Below are positions 62,522 through 64,000 of a DNA stretch of 64,000 bases, one piece after another. A program made the translations under genes and the position numbers. Source of the stretch: an uncultured Planctomycetota bacterium (GTDB lineage Bacteria; Planctomycetota; Planctomycetia; Pirellulales; Lacipirellulaceae); NCBI GenBank assembly GCA_963719315.1, contig CAVRBU010000002.1, forward strand, positions 1,664,001 through 1,728,000. Reading direction: 5' to 3'. Each line of letters opens with the position of its first letter. Position 1 is the first letter of the stretch. Below the pieces are notes generated by a model that saw only the letters and a list, made by a program, of their open reading frames with translations, was not told where the DNA came from and ran no database searches.

Positions 62522-63823
62522 ATGAAAAACGTCGTCGCATTGGTGTTGGGCGGAGGGCGCGGCACGCGGTTGCTGCCGCTTACGGCGTATCGCTCCAAGC
62601 CGGCCGTGCCACTCGCCGGCAAATATCGGCTGATTGATATTCCGATTTCGAACTGCATCAACAGCGAGATCAATCAGATCTATGTGCTCACGCAATTTCA
62701 ATCGGTGAGTTTGCACCGGCATATCCGCGGCACGTATGGCTTCGATCATTTCAGCGGCGGATTCGTCGAGTTGCTGGCGGCCCAGCAAACGACGGAAGAG
62801 GCGGACGATCAGCGGCACTGGTATCAAGGTACGGCCGACGCCGTGCGGAAAAACCTCCGTCATTTCACGCAACCTGGCATTGAACACGTGCTGATCCTCT
62901 CTGGCGACCAGTTGTATCGCATGGACTTCCGCGAGATGCTGGCCACGCACAGGGCGGCCGGGGCCGAGGTCACGATTGCCGGCAAGCCAGTGAACCGGTC
63001 GGAGGCGGGGTCGCTCGGCATCATGCGTGTCGATCACAGCGGCCGGGTGGTGGGATTTCTGGAAAAGCCGAAATCCGACCGCGAGCTCGCCGACGTGGCC
63101 ATGGACTCCCAATGGCTCGAGGCCCGCGGCATCCCCAGCGATGGCCGCGATTGTCTGGCGAGCATGGGCATTTATTTATTTAACTACAAGACGCTTCTCG
63201 AAGCGTTGGAGAAGACGAACTATCCGGATTTTGGCAAAGATGTGTTCCCAGCCACGATTCGTTCGCGGCACGTGCAGTTGCACGTGTTCGACGGATACTG
63301 GGAAGACATCGGCACGATTCGTTCGTTTTACGAAGCCAATCTGCGGCTGGCAGGACCGAACGCATCGTTTGAGCTGAACTCGGCGACCGCACCGATCTAC
63401 ACGCGCACTCGCTCGTTGCCACCCACGCGGTTCGACGGGGCGACGATCCAGCACAGCCTGGTGGCGGATGGCTGCGTGATCGGCGGAGGCTCGCGGATTG
63501 AAAACAGCGTCGTCGGCCTACGTTGCCGGATCGGCCGCAATGTGACGATTCGTAACTCGGTCATCATGGGTGCCGACTTTTACGAAACGCCAGACCAACT
63601 TGCCGCCGATCAGCGCGCCGGGCGGCCACCAATCGGCATTGGCGATGGCACGACCATCGAGAACGCGATTGTGGACAAGAACTGCCACGTGGGCGCTGAC
63701 GCGAAAGTAATCGGCGATCCGCTACAGGTGGACCGCGTCGTCGGCGCAGGTTGGGAGATGCTGGACGGACTTTTGGTCGTGGCGAAGAATTCGGTCCTGC
63801 TGGATGGTTGGCGGCGGGAGTAG
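62522..63823 (+). CDS. glgC: Glucose-1-phosphate adenylyltransferase
   Basis: GGGRGTRL.PLT, KPAVP, WYQGTADAV, SGD, EKP, ASMGIY, DFG, YWEDIG. Confidence 0.97.
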   Translation: MKNVVALVLGGGRGTRLLPLTAYRSKPAVPLAGKYRLIDIPISNCINSEINQIYVLTQFQSVSLHRHIRGTYGFDHFSGGFVELLAAQQTTEEADDQRHWYQGTADAVRKNLRHFTQPGIEHVLILSGDQLYRMDFREMLATHRAAGAEVTIAGKPVNRSEAGSLGIMRVDHSGRVVGFLEKPKSDRELADVAMDSQWLEARGIPSDGRDCLASMGIYLFNYKTLLEALEKTNYPDFGKDVFPATIRSRHVQLHVFDGYWEDIGTIRSFYEANLRLAGPNASFELNSATAPIYTRTRSLPPTRFDGATIQHSLVADGCVIGGGSRIENSVVGLRCRIGRNVTIRNSVIMGADFYETPDQLAADQRAGRPPIGIGDGTTIENAIVDKNCHVGADAKVIGDPLQVDRVVGAGWEMLDGLLVVAKNSVLLDGWRRE

Positions 63824-64000
63824 GCCGGACAGCGCCCAGCCTTCTTTTGCTTGCAGAACCGCTGCAACCCGTACTGCGTAGAACGGTTTCATGGACGAAT
63901 CGCCCACTTCGGGTAAGATTAAGCGTTGGCCGTTGGCTAGAATGAGAATGCTCGCGGCAATTCACAAAAAGTGAGCTTGGAGTGCCAGACAATGCAGGCA

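Noticed and set aside
60791..63112. Long antisense ORFs (773 aa here; also 9095-10648, 56354-57505, 11859-12965)
   Set aside because: Shadow frames of high-GC genes with no recognisable motifs.

Overview
High-GC planctomycete chromosome segment, most likely Pirellulales/Lacipirellulaceae-like. The assignment rests on a DUF1559 prepilin-like protein, PEP-CTERM proteins (one with a DxNxxxxVDAADY dockerin-like motif), an RxLxFExLExR N-terminus and a Zn-ribbon SpoVG. The backbone is housekeeping: glmM-like, apbE, folD, pgpA, sulfite reductase, tmk, ispE, spoVG, csrA, ftsH, dxr, rseP, rsmG, rpoN, ybaB, dnaX, SRP RNA, fliG, mutS, leuS, glgC. An accessory zone at about 11-31 kb holds a complete IS630, an IS5-like fragment, AT-richer cargo genes bounded by related palindromes, a TetR/MddA-like/tautomerase unit, four PEP-CTERM proteins, a TolC-type lipoprotein, DUF1559 and a C45 hydrolase. 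Ten non-IS genes or gene pairs carry single-base frameshifts or decay, including essential ones, so most frameshifts are probably sequencing indels. No CRISPR array, tRNA or rRNA was seen. I cannot claim a proven new system. The best leads are: (i) a palindrome-bounded cargo segment; (ii) an orphan promoter-hairpin-boxA (rrn-like antitermination) leader, split by IS630, in front of about 780 nt of non-coding DNA; (iii) REP and heptamer repeats inserted in frame in proteins; (iv) a codon-mosaic dnaX 5' end; (v) a paralogous PEP-CTERM pair behind a long structured leader; (vi) a coupled CitG-like/PTPS-I/III pair.
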